A stretch of 40,000 bases of DNA from Synechococcales cyanobacterium C42_A2020_086. Its GTDB lineage: Bacteria; Cyanobacteriota; Cyanobacteriia; Elainellales; Elainellaceae. The stretch covers positions 259,294 through 299,293 of the forward strand of contig JACYLU010000028.1 of assembly GCA_015272325.1 (NCBI GenBank), given 5' to 3'. The notes beneath the pieces are model-generated. The model had not been told where the DNA came from. It saw only the letters and a program-made list of their open reading frames with translations, and did not search any database. Positions 1-10,402 of the stretch are shown in pieces. Every line of letters begins with the position of its first letter. The first letter of the stretch is position 1. The position numbers were made by a program, and so were the translations under genes.

Positions 1-193
1 CGTCGGGCTTTAGCAATTTGTCGTCTAAAACTGCTTCTTTTTTTCAACCGTAATTCAACGGATAAGGTTTAGGATAACAGGTCCCAACCCGAAGGAAGCA
101 GCCGTTGAGCAGCCCCATGTTGCCTCTTGATAGCCTTGACCACTCGGAGGGCAGATAGAGAGGGGGGAGTCGCCACGAAGGTTAGGGGCGGGT

Positions 194-1117
194 TTATTGG
201 GAGGAACGCTGTGCCGCTGCCACTGCCTGGCGTAGATTGCCTTGGTGCGTATGGAGGAGCTGTTGCCCTGCAGCTGCGTTTAACCCAGTCCAGTGCATGA
301 GCAGCGCTAGCTTCACCTGCCGTTGGCTTTGCTCTAGCAGTGTTGCGGCTGCCGAGCGATCCAGATCGGTCAAGTCTTGCAAGATACGCAGTGCCCGGTC
401 ATACAGTTTGCTGTTGGTTACGGCTACATCAACCATACGGTTGCCGTAAACCTTGCCCAGCTTGACCATGACCCCCGTCGAGAGAATATTCAATGCCAGC
501 TTAGTGGCTGTTCCTGCCTTTAGCCGCGTCGAGCCGGCCAACACTTCTGGCCCAACCAGCAGCCGAATGTCGATATCTACAGGTAAGCTGACCTGCTCAA
601 CCGGCACACAGGCGATCAACAGGGTCGTGGCCCCTCGCTGACGGGCTGCTTGCAGCGCTCCCTGCACAAAAGGCGTCGTGCCGCCAGCCGTAATCCCAAC
701 GACCACATCTAAGCTGGTCACCTGGCGATGGGCAATGGCCTCCATGCCGTCTTCGGCGCGGTCTTCTAAATCTTCGGAACTGCGCACCAAAGCGCCGGCA
801 CCGCCAGCAATAATGCCCTGCACCAGATCGGGAGGAGTACAAAAGGTGGGTGGACACTCTGCTGCATCGAGGACCCCAAGCCGACCGCTAGTACCCGCCC
901 CAACGTAGAAGAGCCGTCCTCCCTGCCGCAGTGCTGCCGCCGTGCGGTCGATAGCCTCGGCCAGTGGCTCTCGTGCCGCCGCAACCGCTGCAATGGTCTG
1001 GGCATCTTCTCGATTGAACAGATCGACGATTTCTAGAGCCGTCATCTGATCGAGAGTGTGGCTATTGGGATTGACCTGCTCGGTTAGCAGATGCCCGCGT
1101 TCGATCAGATTGTCCAT
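194..1117 (-). CDS. murQ: N-acetylmuramic acid 6-phosphate etherase (SIS domain)
   Basis: ORF 194..1252 trimmed to the internal ATG at 1115-1117 (MDNLIERGHLLTEQVNP...). The sequence is full-length MurQ-like, with YVGAGTSGRLG and GSTRLKAGTATK motifs. The 45 codons upstream look like non-coding read-through. Confidence 0.85.
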   Translation of the reverse strand: MDNLIERGHLLTEQVNPNSHTLDQMTALEIVDLFNREDAQTIAAVAAAREPLAEAIDRTAAALRQGGRLFYVGAGTSGRLGVLDAAECPPTFCTPPDLVQGIIAGGAGALVRSSEDLEDRAEDGMEAIAHRQVTSLDVVVGITAGGTTPFVQGALQAARQRGATTLLIACVPVEQVSLPVDIDIRLLVGPEVLAGSTRLKAGTATKLALNILSTGVMVKLGKVYGNRMVDVAVTNSKLYDRALRILQDLTDLDRSAAATLLEQSQRQVKLALLMHWTGLNAAAGQQLLHTHQGNLRQAVAAAQRSSQ

Positions 1118-1257
1118 TCCTGGCTCCCTATTCGTCTTGATTCGTCTCGATGATGGGCTGGTAATTCTGTGAGGGTTGCGTATTGATCTCTCTTTGATCT
1201 CTATTGTTAATCTCTTTGATTCCTGATTAACCGCTGATACGCTCAAGCCCATTGCCG

Positions 1258-1629
1258 CTAGAGCAAACCCTCTAGCCGCCGCCGGATAGCATCCAACTGG
1301 GCGGGAGAAAGCTCCTCCGAGTCGGACGTCGATTGGGTGTCTGGCTGCCAGTCAAACTGCTCAACGCTAGCCTCAGGAGGAACTTCCAGCGTGCCCTCAG
1401 GAACCAGCTTGCACAGATATCCTGCTTCTTGACAGAAAGCCTCAATCTCTTCGCTATCAAAGGCTTCGATGCTAGCACTGCCAAAGTCTTGAGCTTCTAG
1501 CAGCAGGGCGTAGCGGGTGGCATCATCTTCGGCAGCAAACATCAGCACAATATTTTGATCACCCATTTTGAGGGTGTGAATCCCCTCATTTTCGGTTCCC
1601 GCGTTAAACAACAGCACAAATACCTGCAT
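1258..1629 (-). CDS. small conserved cyanobacterial protein, DUF3110-like
   Basis: ORF 1258..1719 trimmed to the ATG at 1627-1629, which is preceded by GAGGGG. The MQVFVLLFNAGTENEGIHTL...MFAAEDDATRYA pattern and acidic C-terminus recall the DUF3110 family. Assignment is from memory only. Confidence 0.5.
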   Translation of the reverse strand: MQVFVLLFNAGTENEGIHTLKMGDQNIVLMFAAEDDATRYALLLEAQDFGSASIEAFDSEEIEAFCQEAGYLCKLVPEGTLEVPPEASVEQFDWQPDTQSTSDSEELSPAQLDAIRRRLEGLL

Positions 1630-2092
1630 TTTACCCCTCTCCGGCAAGAGAACATGGCTCATCGGTTCGTCGGGAGTCCGCCAAGTCAAAACCATCGGAC
1701 TAAGGAACTTTATCGCCAAAGATGCGTTTGTCTATCTTATCGAGCTTACCGCTAACCTTACCGAGCTTTCACCGAGCTTATTGCCAACCCTATTCCTGAT
1801 CGGGCCGAAGGAGCTTTGCGGCTTGGCGATACCAAGGGAAGATTACGGGATCCAAAACCGATGGGGTATAGTCTTCTAGGAGTTGACCTCTTGCCATGCC
1901 CGTGCCCACGCTTCTCGGTGTTCCCATGGAGGGTATTGTCCTGGTTGGTCCAATCGAGTTGGTCCAGTAGATTCATCTGCTCGTCCGGGCTAGGTTGGCT
2001 AACCAGAATCAATCGATTCAGACGCCTAGCAACCTCAGCTAGAGGTAGCGCGAGAGCCGTCAGCAACAGTTTGTCAGGTGAGACTATGAGCC

Positions 2093-5000
2093 ATGACCCA
2101 TTCTCCTGATCCAGGTCGCGACCCTGAACAACGCTCTCCCTCTCGGCGTTCGGTTCTGATTCGGGCTGGATTTGTAGCCGGTGGAGTGGTGCTGGTGGGA
2201 GGGATAGCGGCGGGCTGGTTCGCATGGCAATTTATCAATCAGCGGCTAGCGCCCTTGGTGGCCGACAGTATGAGCACGCTCCTGAATCGACCGGTAGTGG
2301 TGGGTCCGGTGGAGGGGGTCTCGCTGAGCAGCATTCGGTTTGGCAACTCCTCAATACCGCCAACCGCAACGGACCCTGATCAGCTCACCGTTGAGTCTGT
2401 AGAAGCCCGCTTTAACCTGCTCGAACTAATCTGGGACCGCACGTTGAGCCTGGATGTCACGCTGATTCGCCCCGAAGCTTACATAGACCAAGACGCTGAG
2501 GGACGCTGGATCACCACCGAGATTACGCCCGGCGAAGAAGGACCGATCTCGATTGAAGTGGATACCTTGCGGGTGCAGGACGGCAATTTGCAGCTCGCGG
2601 CCTATGGTGAGGTCGAAGAATCGCAGGTTGTGGAAACCGAGGCAGACAATGCAGCTGACCCAGATCGCGGTGGTGCGGACGCTCCCGAAACCCTGCCTCG
2701 GGATCAGGTGATGAATACGCTGGTGGCGATTCAAGACGTTAATGGCACCGTTACCTTCCGCAATCAAAACCAGTTGATCCGCTACAGCCTTAGCGGTCGC
2801 CCGGAAACTGGCGGCAGTTTGCAGCTTCAGGGGCAAACCAATTTAGAAGCCTCGGAAACTCGGCTTGAAGTGGATGGGCGCGATTTGCTAGCGGCAGATG
2901 TAAACCTACTGGTGCCGCTGCCGGTGCAGTTGCGTATGGGGCGAGTCAGTGCCGATCTAGCGATACTGTTTCCCCCCGACGAGCAGCCACTGCAATTCGA
3001 TGGCATTGTGCAGGCGCAAAGTGTTACCGCGGCTCTCGAAGGTGCGCCGCTGCCCTTCACCGAGATTAATGGCAACCTGCTGTTTGCTGGGCAACAGATC
3101 AGCTTCCAGGACTTTCAGGGGCGCTATGGAGCGATTCTGGCAACGGTGGGCGGCAGTCTGGATACGCAGGACGGCTACAATCTGCGGGTGCAGGTGCCTG
3201 AAGCCAGCGTTGCTCAGATCCTAGAAACCCTGGACGTGGCAGAATCCGAGTTGCCGGTAAGCGTAGCAGGTCAGTTTCAGGGCGAGGTGCGGATCACGGG
3301 CGCGATTGAGCAGCCCCAGGTGAGTGGTCTGGTGCAAAATCTTCAGCCGGTGCAGGTGGAGCAGCTCGAACTGGTCCGCACCCAGGCTCGCTTTAGTGTT
3401 ACCCCCGAAGCGCTTACCCTCAGCCGCGTTGAGGTGGTTCCCAGTCAGGGCGGGCAGGTGGTTGGTCGCGGGCGGGTTACCTTTGGCGAGCAGGGCGGCG
3501 TAGTGTTTGATGCTGAGGCCACAGATCTGCCCGGAGATGCCTTAGCCCGCAGCTTTGGGGCCAACTTAGATAACTTCACCATTGGGCAGGTAAACGCCAC
3601 TGCTCAGGTGCTGGGTCCGCTAGATACTGTTCAAACCATCGTCAACTGGCAGGCTCCTCAGGCCACCTATCCGGGGCGAGGTCGCGTCACGATTGCTGGC
3701 GACACGATCCGGTTTGACGATACAGCGGTGCTGGTGGCGGGGGGGATTGCTCGCGGCAGCGGCCAACTGCGGCAGGGGCGCTGGCAGGCTGATATTACCA
3801 CCTCGGGCATTGAGCTGCGGCAGTTTTCTCCGGACCTGCGGGGGCTGTTTAGCGGCGATTTTCGGCTGGTGGGCAGCGTCGATGATTTTACTCTGACGGC
3901 CATTCGCGCTGAGGGCAACGTCCGCTTCTCGGAAGGGCTGGCGATTATCACCGAACCGCTGACCGCATCAGTGCGCTGGCTCGGCGACCGCTTGCAGATT
4001 GTGCAGGCCTCAGCTCCCGGCTTCAGTAGCAGTGGCTTCATTTTTGCTCAACTCGATGGTCCGGGTGCGCCCGCAGTATCGAATCTGGATTTGGCGGTGG
4101 ATCTGCGCGGCTACCGGCTAGCGGATCTGCCCGTAGCATTGCCGCCACAATTTACCGTAGCGGGCACCACTGACTTTAATGGGCAAATCACAGGCCCACT
4201 AGACCGGCTGACGGTGGCCGGACAACTCGGGCTAAACGATTTCGCTGTCAACACCTTTGCTTTCGAGCCTCGCCTCGCTGGAGACCTGCGCTTTGTCCAG
4301 AACCAAGGCTTGAGCCTGAACCTGACCGGGCAACAGGACCAGATTGCTGTAGAACTAGACGGGCAGAATCGTCCTCGGGCATTTTTGGTGCAGCAGGGCA
4401 ATGCAGTGGCGCGGGGGCGCGGTGAAGGCGACCGGCTGATCGCCACGCTGGACAACTTTCCCTTGGCTGCCCTCAACCTCGCTCCGGCAACGGCAGTAGG
4501 TCTTGGCCTCGTCAGCGGCCAACTGAGCGGCAATTTCGACATTAACCTGGCGGATCTGAGTAATCCCGATGTAGTGGGCAACGTGGCCATTGTCAATCCG
4601 GCTTTGGATTACATCAGTGCCGAACTGTTTGCTGGGCAATTCCGCTATCGGGGCGGCATTTTTGTACTGGAGAGTGGCGATCTGCGGCGCGGCAATAGCC
4701 GTTACCTGCTCAGCGGCAGCTTTAGCCCCACGGCTGACCCGCAGTTGCAGGGCAAGGTGGTCGTGGAGCAGGGTCGAGTTGAGGACGTGCTGCTCGCCTT
4801 CCGCTGGTTTGAGTTCGCAGATCTGGGACGAGGTATTCAAGCTCCCATCTACGCCGATGCCGAGGCGGTAGAAACCGTGCCGGTAGGTATGCCCGACGCG
4901 CCGCTGCTCACCCAACTCCGCCGCTTCTCAGAGGTGGTAGCGCTGCGCGATCAGCAAGTTGCCGCCCGCGAGCAGGCAACCTTTTTGCCGGACCTGGCCG

Positions 5001-6994
5001 AGCTAGAAGGCGGCTTTACCGGCGAAATTAACCTAGCCTACTCGCCGCGAACAGGTGCCGCAGTTAACTTTGGACTGAGTGGTCAGGACTGGCGCTGGGG
5101 CGAGTATGAGGTGAATCAGGTGATTGCTCAGGGCAGCTTTCAGGATGGCGTGCTGACTCTGCTGCCAGTGCGGCTTGTGTCAGATCAAGCATTCCTCAAT
5201 TTCTCGGGGCAGCTTGGCGGCGAAGAGCAGTCGGGGCAATTGCTAGCCGAGAATGTGCCAGTAGAAGCGCTGCGGGATCTATTCCGAGTGCCGCTCGACA
5301 TTGCCGGCAATCTCAATGCCAATGCCATCCTCTCCGGCAGTGTAGAAAATCCGCAGGTGGTCGGCGAAATTCGTCTGGAGAATGGCACGGTGAATCAAAC
5401 CGAAACCATCCCACCGCTGCGGGCCCTGTTTGGCTATAACAATGCCCGACTCAACTTCGACACCCGGCTGATTGCCGAAGCCGAAACGGATGGGGAAGAT
5501 ACCTTTGAGTTCACCGGCAGCATTCCCTACCAGTTGCCCTTTGCCACCGTCGAACCCGCCAGCACCGAACTGAGTCTAGATCTCAACATCCGCAACGATG
5601 GACTAGCGCTGCTCAACTTGTTTACCGAGCAGGTGCAGTGGCAAGGCGGCACAGGCGACATCGTGCTGACGGTGCGCGGCAATCTGCAAGACACTGGCGA
5701 CGAACTAGAGCTGCGTCCCCTAACGGCTACCGGCACCGCTACCTTTGCTAATGCTCGGATTGGCGGAGCGGCTCTGCCGGAAGATGTTACCAACGTCAAC
5801 GGGACCATTCGGTTCAACCGAGATCGCATCCAGGTGGAAACCCTGCAAGGTGAGTTTAGCAGCGGCCAGGTGATTGCCCAAGGCACCATTCCCATTGTGC
5901 TGCCTCTCAGTACGACCGATCCGGATAGTGATGCCCCATTGACCATCCAGCTGGACAATCTGGCGCTGAATCTAGAAGATCTGTACCAGGGCGATGTCAA
6001 TGGTCAGGTGCTGGTCACCGGTACGGCTCTTGCGCCCCGGATTGGCGGCGAAATTCTTCTGAGCAACGGGCGCGTGCAGCTCAACCAGCCCGAGGCAGAA
6101 CCCGTCGATGTCGCTGCTGCCCCCCAACCGCCGACCTTTGGCACGCCCGCTCTGGGAGCACCTCCTGAATTCGATGCCTTGCGCGTATCCCTAGGCGACC
6201 GGCTGCACGTCACCTACGATCCGGTGCTGAATTTCCAGGTGCAGGGTAATCTGCTGGTCAACGGCACCCAGGCTCAGCCCGAGGTGGATGGCACCGTTCG
6301 TCTGCGTCGGGGGCAGGTGAATATCTTTACCACCCAATTCAACCTCGACCGCGACTATCCCAACACCGCTGTCTTCACCTCGGCGCGAGGCCTCGACCCG
6401 CTGCTGGACGTGCGTCTGGTGACCTCGGTCCCCGAAGTGACTCGCTTCCCGAACCCCGTCAGTTCGCCCTTCCCTGCCTCGGAAATTGTAGATACCCCGT
6501 CGGCGGGCGATTTTGGCGCGTTGCAAACCGTGCGCGTGCAGGCCACCGTCAATGGACCCGCCAGCCAGCTCTTCAACCGCCTAGAATTAACCAGCAGCCC
6601 CAGCCGCTCCGAGTCGGAAATTCTGGCGCTGCTTGGCGGTGGCTTTGTGAATAACCTGACCGACGGCAGTGCTCCGACGGCTCTTGCTAGCATTGCTGGC
6701 TCGCCGCTGCTCACCGGACTGCAAAATCTGATCAGCGACACCCTAGGGCTGAGCGATTTCCGCCTCTTCCCGACCACGGTGATTTCTGGAGAGCGCAATA
6801 CCACCCTAGCGCTAGCAGCAGAAGTCGGTTTTGACATCACCAATAACCTCTCGGTGTCGGTGCTGCAAATCCTCACGGTCGATGAACCCACCCAGTTCAG
6901 CGTCCGCTATCGCTTGACCGATCGCCTGCTGCTGCGAGGGTCCACCAATTTCGATGACAGCCGAGCAGTGCTAGAGTTTGAAACGCGGTTCTAG
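2093..6994 (+). CDS. TamB-like translocation and assembly module protein (DUF490 C-terminus; TIC236 homologue type)
   Basis: 1633-aa ORF with an N-terminal membrane anchor (GGVVLVGGIAAGWFAWQF). A long beta-rich repetitive body follows. The C-terminal ~300 aa resemble DUF490/TamB (…RLELTSSPSRSESEILALLGGG…LRGSTNFDDSRAVLEFETRF). Confidence 0.8.
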   Translation: MTHSPDPGRDPEQRSPSRRSVLIRAGFVAGGVVLVGGIAAGWFAWQFINQRLAPLVADSMSTLLNRPVVVGPVEGVSLSSIRFGNSSIPPTATDPDQLTVESVEARFNLLELIWDRTLSLDVTLIRPEAYIDQDAEGRWITTEITPGEEGPISIEVDTLRVQDGNLQLAAYGEVEESQVVETEADNAADPDRGGADAPETLPRDQVMNTLVAIQDVNGTVTFRNQNQLIRYSLSGRPETGGSLQLQGQTNLEASETRLEVDGRDLLAADVNLLVPLPVQLRMGRVSADLAILFPPDEQPLQFDGIVQAQSVTAALEGAPLPFTEINGNLLFAGQQISFQDFQGRYGAILATVGGSLDTQDGYNLRVQVPEASVAQILETLDVAESELPVSVAGQFQGEVRITGAIEQPQVSGLVQNLQPVQVEQLELVRTQARFSVTPEALTLSRVEVVPSQGGQVVGRGRVTFGEQGGVVFDAEATDLPGDALARSFGANLDNFTIGQVNATAQVLGPLDTVQTIVNWQAPQATYPGRGRVTIAGDTIRFDDTAVLVAGGIARGSGQLRQGRWQADITTSGIELRQFSPDLRGLFSGDFRLVGSVDDFTLTAIRAEGNVRFSEGLAIITEPLTASVRWLGDRLQIVQASAPGFSSSGFIFAQLDGPGAPAVSNLDLAVDLRGYRLADLPVALPPQFTVAGTTDFNGQITGPLDRLTVAGQLGLNDFAVNTFAFEPRLAGDLRFVQNQGLSLNLTGQQDQIAVELDGQNRPRAFLVQQGNAVARGRGEGDRLIATLDNFPLAALNLAPATAVGLGLVSGQLSGNFDINLADLSNPDVVGNVAIVNPALDYISAELFAGQFRYRGGIFVLESGDLRRGNSRYLLSGSFSPTADPQLQGKVVVEQGRVEDVLLAFRWFEFADLGRGIQAPIYADAEAVETVPVGMPDAPLLTQLRRFSEVVALRDQQVAAREQATFLPDLAELEGGFTGEINLAYSPRTGAAVNFGLSGQDWRWGEYEVNQVIAQGSFQDGVLTLLPVRLVSDQAFLNFSGQLGGEEQSGQLLAENVPVEALRDLFRVPLDIAGNLNANAILSGSVENPQVVGEIRLENGTVNQTETIPPLRALFGYNNARLNFDTRLIAEAETDGEDTFEFTGSIPYQLPFATVEPASTELSLDLNIRNDGLALLNLFTEQVQWQGGTGDIVLTVRGNLQDTGDELELRPLTATGTATFANARIGGAALPEDVTNVNGTIRFNRDRIQVETLQGEFSSGQVIAQGTIPIVLPLSTTDPDSDAPLTIQLDNLALNLEDLYQGDVNGQVLVTGTALAPRIGGEILLSNGRVQLNQPEAEPVDVAAAPQPPTFGTPALGAPPEFDALRVSLGDRLHVTYDPVLNFQVQGNLLVNGTQAQPEVDGTVRLRRGQVNIFTTQFNLDRDYPNTAVFTSARGLDPLLDVRLVTSVPEVTRFPNPVSSPFPASEIVDTPSAGDFGALQTVRVQATVNGPASQLFNRLELTSSPSRSESEILALLGGGFVNNLTDGSAPTALASIAGSPLLTGLQNLISDTLGLSDFRLFPTTVISGERNTTLALAAEVGFDITNNLSVSVLQILTVDEPTQFSVRYRLTDRLLLRGSTNFDDSRAVLEFETRF

Positions 6995-7001
6995 GAGACT
7001 C

Positions 7002-8729
7002 ATGAAACAGCGCTCTAGCTACTGGCAGTTGTTGCCCTACTTGCATCCCCACTGGCGCACCATTGCCTCGGCGCTGCTCTGTACGCTGGTGTTCACCGCC
7101 TGCTGGCCCCTCTTAGCCTGGCTGGCCGGGCAGCTCTTGGGAATGTTGGTGCAGGGCAATTTGCCTGGTCTGGCACGGCTGTCGGGGATTATGGCGGGGG
7201 TGTTTCTGGTGCAGAAAATTGCCCAATATGGTCAAGACTCGCAAATGGCCAAGGCGGCACTGGCCATCGCCCTCGATCTGCGCAACCGCGTCTATGCCCA
7301 TCTGCAAACCCTTAGCCTCAGCTATTTCGAGACCGCCCAAACCGGCGATCTGTCCTATCGCCTCACCGAAGACATCGACCGCATCGGGGAAGTAGTGAAC
7401 AAAGTGTTTCACGACTTTCTGCCCTGTGTGCTGCAGCTGATCGTCGTCTTTACCTACATGGTCTACCTCAACTGGCAGGTGACGCTCGCTAGCCTGATTA
7501 TTGTGCCGCTGATGGGGCTGCTGATTAGCTGGTTTGGCGACCGAATGCTGGTGTTTTCGCGCCGCAGTCAGAATCTGGTATCGGATCTGTCGTCGCTGAT
7601 GACCGAAGTGTTTAGCGGCATTCGCTTGGTGCGGGCCTTTGCCGCCGAAGACTACGAGATCGAGCGGTTTCGGCAAGAGGCAGAACGCAATCGACAGGCA
7701 AAATACGCGGCGGCCTGGCTAAAGGCGGTGCAGTTTCCGGTGGTAGGGTTTCTCTATGCCCTGAGTGTGTTGCTGCTGCTGTTTTTAGGCGGCTGGCAGA
7801 TTGCTTCGGGCAACCTCACTGGTCAACAGTTCGGCAGCTACGTGGTGGCGGTGACGATGCTGATCGATCCGATCGCCCACCTCACTGAGAATTACAACGA
7901 ATTCAAACAAGGGCAAGCCTCCACCGACCGCATCTTTGAGCTACTGGCAATTCAGCCCGCCGTCATCGAGCGGACCGGCGCTATCGAGCTGCCCCCAGTC
8001 ACCGGCAAAGTCGAGTACCGCGAGGTTTGCTTTGGCTACCGTCCCAATCAGCCGGTGCTGCAACAGCTGAATCTGCTGGCGTTACCTGGGGAAGCCATCG
8101 CCCTAGTCGGCAGTTCGGGAGCCGGCAAATCAACGCTGGTGAATCTGCTGCCCCGCTTCTACGATCCGCAGGCTGGGCAAATTCTGATCGACGGCATTGA
8201 TATCCGCGACGTCACCCTTCGCAGTCTGCGACGGCAAATCGGCATTGTGCCTCAAGAAACGATTCTGTTCTCCGGTACGATTGCCCAGAACATTGCCTTT
8301 GGGCAGCACACGTTTGATCTCGACGCCGTGCAGGAGGCAGCTCGGGTGGCCAATGCCCATCAGTTTATTTCTCAGTTTCCTGAGGGCTACCGGGCTTGGG
8401 TCGGTGAGCGGGGTGTCAACCTGTCGGGCGGGCAGCGGCAGCGGATCGCTATCGCTCGGGCAGTGCTGCTGAATCCGCGAATTCTGATTCTCGACGAAGC
8501 TACCTCCTCCCTCGATTCAGAATCGGAAGCACTAGTCCAGGAGGCTCTAGAACGCCTGATGCGAAACCGCACCGTGTTCATCATTGCTCACCGCCTGGCC
8601 ACCGTCCGCCGCGCCGATCGAATTCTGGTGATCGAGCAGGGGCGAGTGCTAGAGTCAGGAACCCACGCCGAGCTGCTGGCTCAAGAAGGCCGCTATGCCC
8701 GCTTCTACGCCCAGCAGTTTCGCGGCTAG
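7002..8729 (+). CDS. ABC exporter, fused permease/ATPase (MsbA/lipid A-export-like)
   Basis: ORF 6978..8729 trimmed to the ATG at 7002. It has an N-terminal six-helix TMD. Motifs are Walker A GSSGAGKST, ABC signature LSGGQRQR and Walker B ILILDEATS. It starts 8 nt after the tamB-like stop. Confidence 0.85.
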   Translation: MKQRSSYWQLLPYLHPHWRTIASALLCTLVFTACWPLLAWLAGQLLGMLVQGNLPGLARLSGIMAGVFLVQKIAQYGQDSQMAKAALAIALDLRNRVYAHLQTLSLSYFETAQTGDLSYRLTEDIDRIGEVVNKVFHDFLPCVLQLIVVFTYMVYLNWQVTLASLIIVPLMGLLISWFGDRMLVFSRRSQNLVSDLSSLMTEVFSGIRLVRAFAAEDYEIERFRQEAERNRQAKYAAAWLKAVQFPVVGFLYALSVLLLLFLGGWQIASGNLTGQQFGSYVVAVTMLIDPIAHLTENYNEFKQGQASTDRIFELLAIQPAVIERTGAIELPPVTGKVEYREVCFGYRPNQPVLQQLNLLALPGEAIALVGSSGAGKSTLVNLLPRFYDPQAGQILIDGIDIRDVTLRSLRRQIGIVPQETILFSGTIAQNIAFGQHTFDLDAVQEAARVANAHQFISQFPEGYRAWVGERGVNLSGGQRQRIAIARAVLLNPRILILDEATSSLDSESEALVQEALERLMRNRTVFIIAHRLATVRRADRILVIEQGRVLESGTHAELLAQEGRYARFYAQQFRG

Positions 8730-8777
8730 TCTCAGGAACTCATGATCCCGGTCTGATCCTCTCGTTTAGTGTGTGCC

Positions 8778-10223
8778 ATGTCTGATTCTGCTTCCTCCCG
8801 TGCCGCCTCGGAACCGCTTACCCTCAGCACCAAGCTGGCCTATGGAGCGGGCGACTTGGGCACCGCCATCACCGCTAATATTCTGGGCTTCTATCTGCTG
8901 TTTTTCTTTACCAGCGTTGCTGGGCTGAACGCCGGTCTGGCCGCCAACGTGCTGCTGATCAGCAAAATCTGGGACGCTGTCAACGATCCAATTGTCGGTG
9001 TCCTCAGCGACCGCACCCAGTCGCATCGAGGGCGACGCTATCCCTGGATGATCTGGGGGGCGATTCCCTTTGGCATTACCTTTGTGCTGCAATGGCTGGT
9101 GCCCCGCTTCAGCAGCGACCCCAGCGCCAACCAGTGGGGCTTGTTCTGGTACTACGTGGTGGTGGCAATTCTGTTCAACTCGTTCTACACGATGGTGAAT
9201 CTGCCCTACACCGCCCTCACCGCCGAACTAACTCAGGACTACAACGAACGCACCAGCCTCAACAGCTTTCGCTTCGCCTTTTCCCTCGGCGGCAGCATCG
9301 TCTCCATCTTTCTAGTGATTCTGATCAGCGGTCTCATTCCCGACCCGCATCAGCAGTATTTTGCCATCGGCGTCGTTTGTGCCGTCATCTCGGTGCTGGC
9401 AGTGGGCTGGTGCGTTTGGGGGACACGCCAGCGAGCCGCCGTTATGGAGGCCCTGCGGTTGCAGCACCACCAGGAAGCGCCAATTCCGCTGCTCGAACAG
9501 ATCCGCATTGCCTTCAGCAACCGTCCGTTTTTGCTAGTGATCGGCATTTATCTCTGCTCCTGGTTGGCAGTGCAGCTGACGGCGTCCATCCTTAAGTTTT
9601 TTGCGATCAACTGGATGGGCTACTCCGATCTCGTCTCGAACATCGTGATTCTAGTGGTGCTGTCTACCTCGATGGCGATGCTGTTTGTTTGGAATATGGT
9701 CAGCAATCGCGTTGGCAAAAAAGCCACCTACTTCATGGGCATGGGGCTGTGGATTATCGCCCAAACCGGATTATTTTTCCTACAGCCGGGTCAAACGGTG
9801 CTGATGTTCACCTTGGCGGTTGTGGCGGGCATGGGCGTGGCAACCGCCTACCTGATTCCCTGGTCGATGTTGCCGGATGTGATTGAACTTGACGAGCTGC
9901 GCACCGGCCAGCGCCGCGAGGGCATTTTCTACAGCTTTATGGTGCTACTGCAAAAAATCGGCTTAGCACTAGGACTCTTCGCTGTCGGGCAAGCGCTGGA
10001 ATGGGCGGGATTTATCGAAAGTGTGCCCGGTCAGCCCGTCCCTACTCAGCCCGACTCAGCGCTGCTGGCAATCCGGATTGCCATCGGTCCCTTTCCCACT
10101 CTGGTTTTGATTGCCGGCGTCATCCTGGCGTACCTCTACCCCATTACCCGGGAAGTGCACGCGGAAATTCTGCTGAAATTGCGAGAGCGGCGCGAACAGC
10201 GCGACGAGAATCTGGATCACTAA
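8778..10223 (+). CDS. MFS transporter, glycoside-pentoside-hexuronide (GPH) cation symporter family
   Basis: Polytopic ~480-aa protein with LAYGAGDLG and DAVNDPIVGVLSDRT...GRRYPW, which is typical of MelB/GPH symporters. The ATG at 8778 is preferred over the GTG at 8769. Confidence 0.75.
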   Translation: MSDSASSRAASEPLTLSTKLAYGAGDLGTAITANILGFYLLFFFTSVAGLNAGLAANVLLISKIWDAVNDPIVGVLSDRTQSHRGRRYPWMIWGAIPFGITFVLQWLVPRFSSDPSANQWGLFWYYVVVAILFNSFYTMVNLPYTALTAELTQDYNERTSLNSFRFAFSLGGSIVSIFLVILISGLIPDPHQQYFAIGVVCAVISVLAVGWCVWGTRQRAAVMEALRLQHHQEAPIPLLEQIRIAFSNRPFLLVIGIYLCSWLAVQLTASILKFFAINWMGYSDLVSNIVILVVLSTSMAMLFVWNMVSNRVGKKATYFMGMGLWIIAQTGLFFLQPGQTVLMFTLAVVAGMGVATAYLIPWSMLPDVIELDELRTGQRREGIFYSFMVLLQKIGLALGLFAVGQALEWAGFIESVPGQPVPTQPDSALLAIRIAIGPFPTLVLIAGVILAYLYPITREVHAEILLKLRERREQRDENLDH

Positions 10224-10402
10224 TGCCCTTCTCCTGTCTGCGCAATGGTCTGCGAGTCCAGTTCAACCGCCATGAAATCTAATCAGCCATGGCCGCCAGA
10301 TCACGATAAGATCAGCAAGGAGTATTGATCCCCGAGATCTGCTTGCATTCCTTAATCGCTGATGCTAGCCGCAGCAGTGGTTTCGTCTCAACTTGAGGTT
10401 TT

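Noticed and set aside
1758-2225. 155-aa minus-strand ORF between the DUF3110-like gene and tamB
   Set aside because: It is low-complexity and Pro/Ser/Arg-rich, overlaps the tamB-like start, and has no recognisable motif. It is typical of a spurious ORF in high-GC DNA.
2426-8584. Many 60-190-aa antisense or alternative-frame ORFs inside the tamB-like and ABC transporter genes (e.g. 4111..4596, 4355..4915, 5527..6000, 6355..6891, 7113..7676)
   Set aside because: They are shadow ORFs created by high GC and by stop-codon-poor opposite frames of long genuine genes. Their compositions are Arg/Ser/Pro-rich with no domain signatures.
9092-9595. 167-aa +-strand ORF inside the GPH/MFS transporter gene
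   Set aside because: It is an alternative frame of a clearly genuine membrane-protein gene, and the Arg/Pro-rich translation is implausible.
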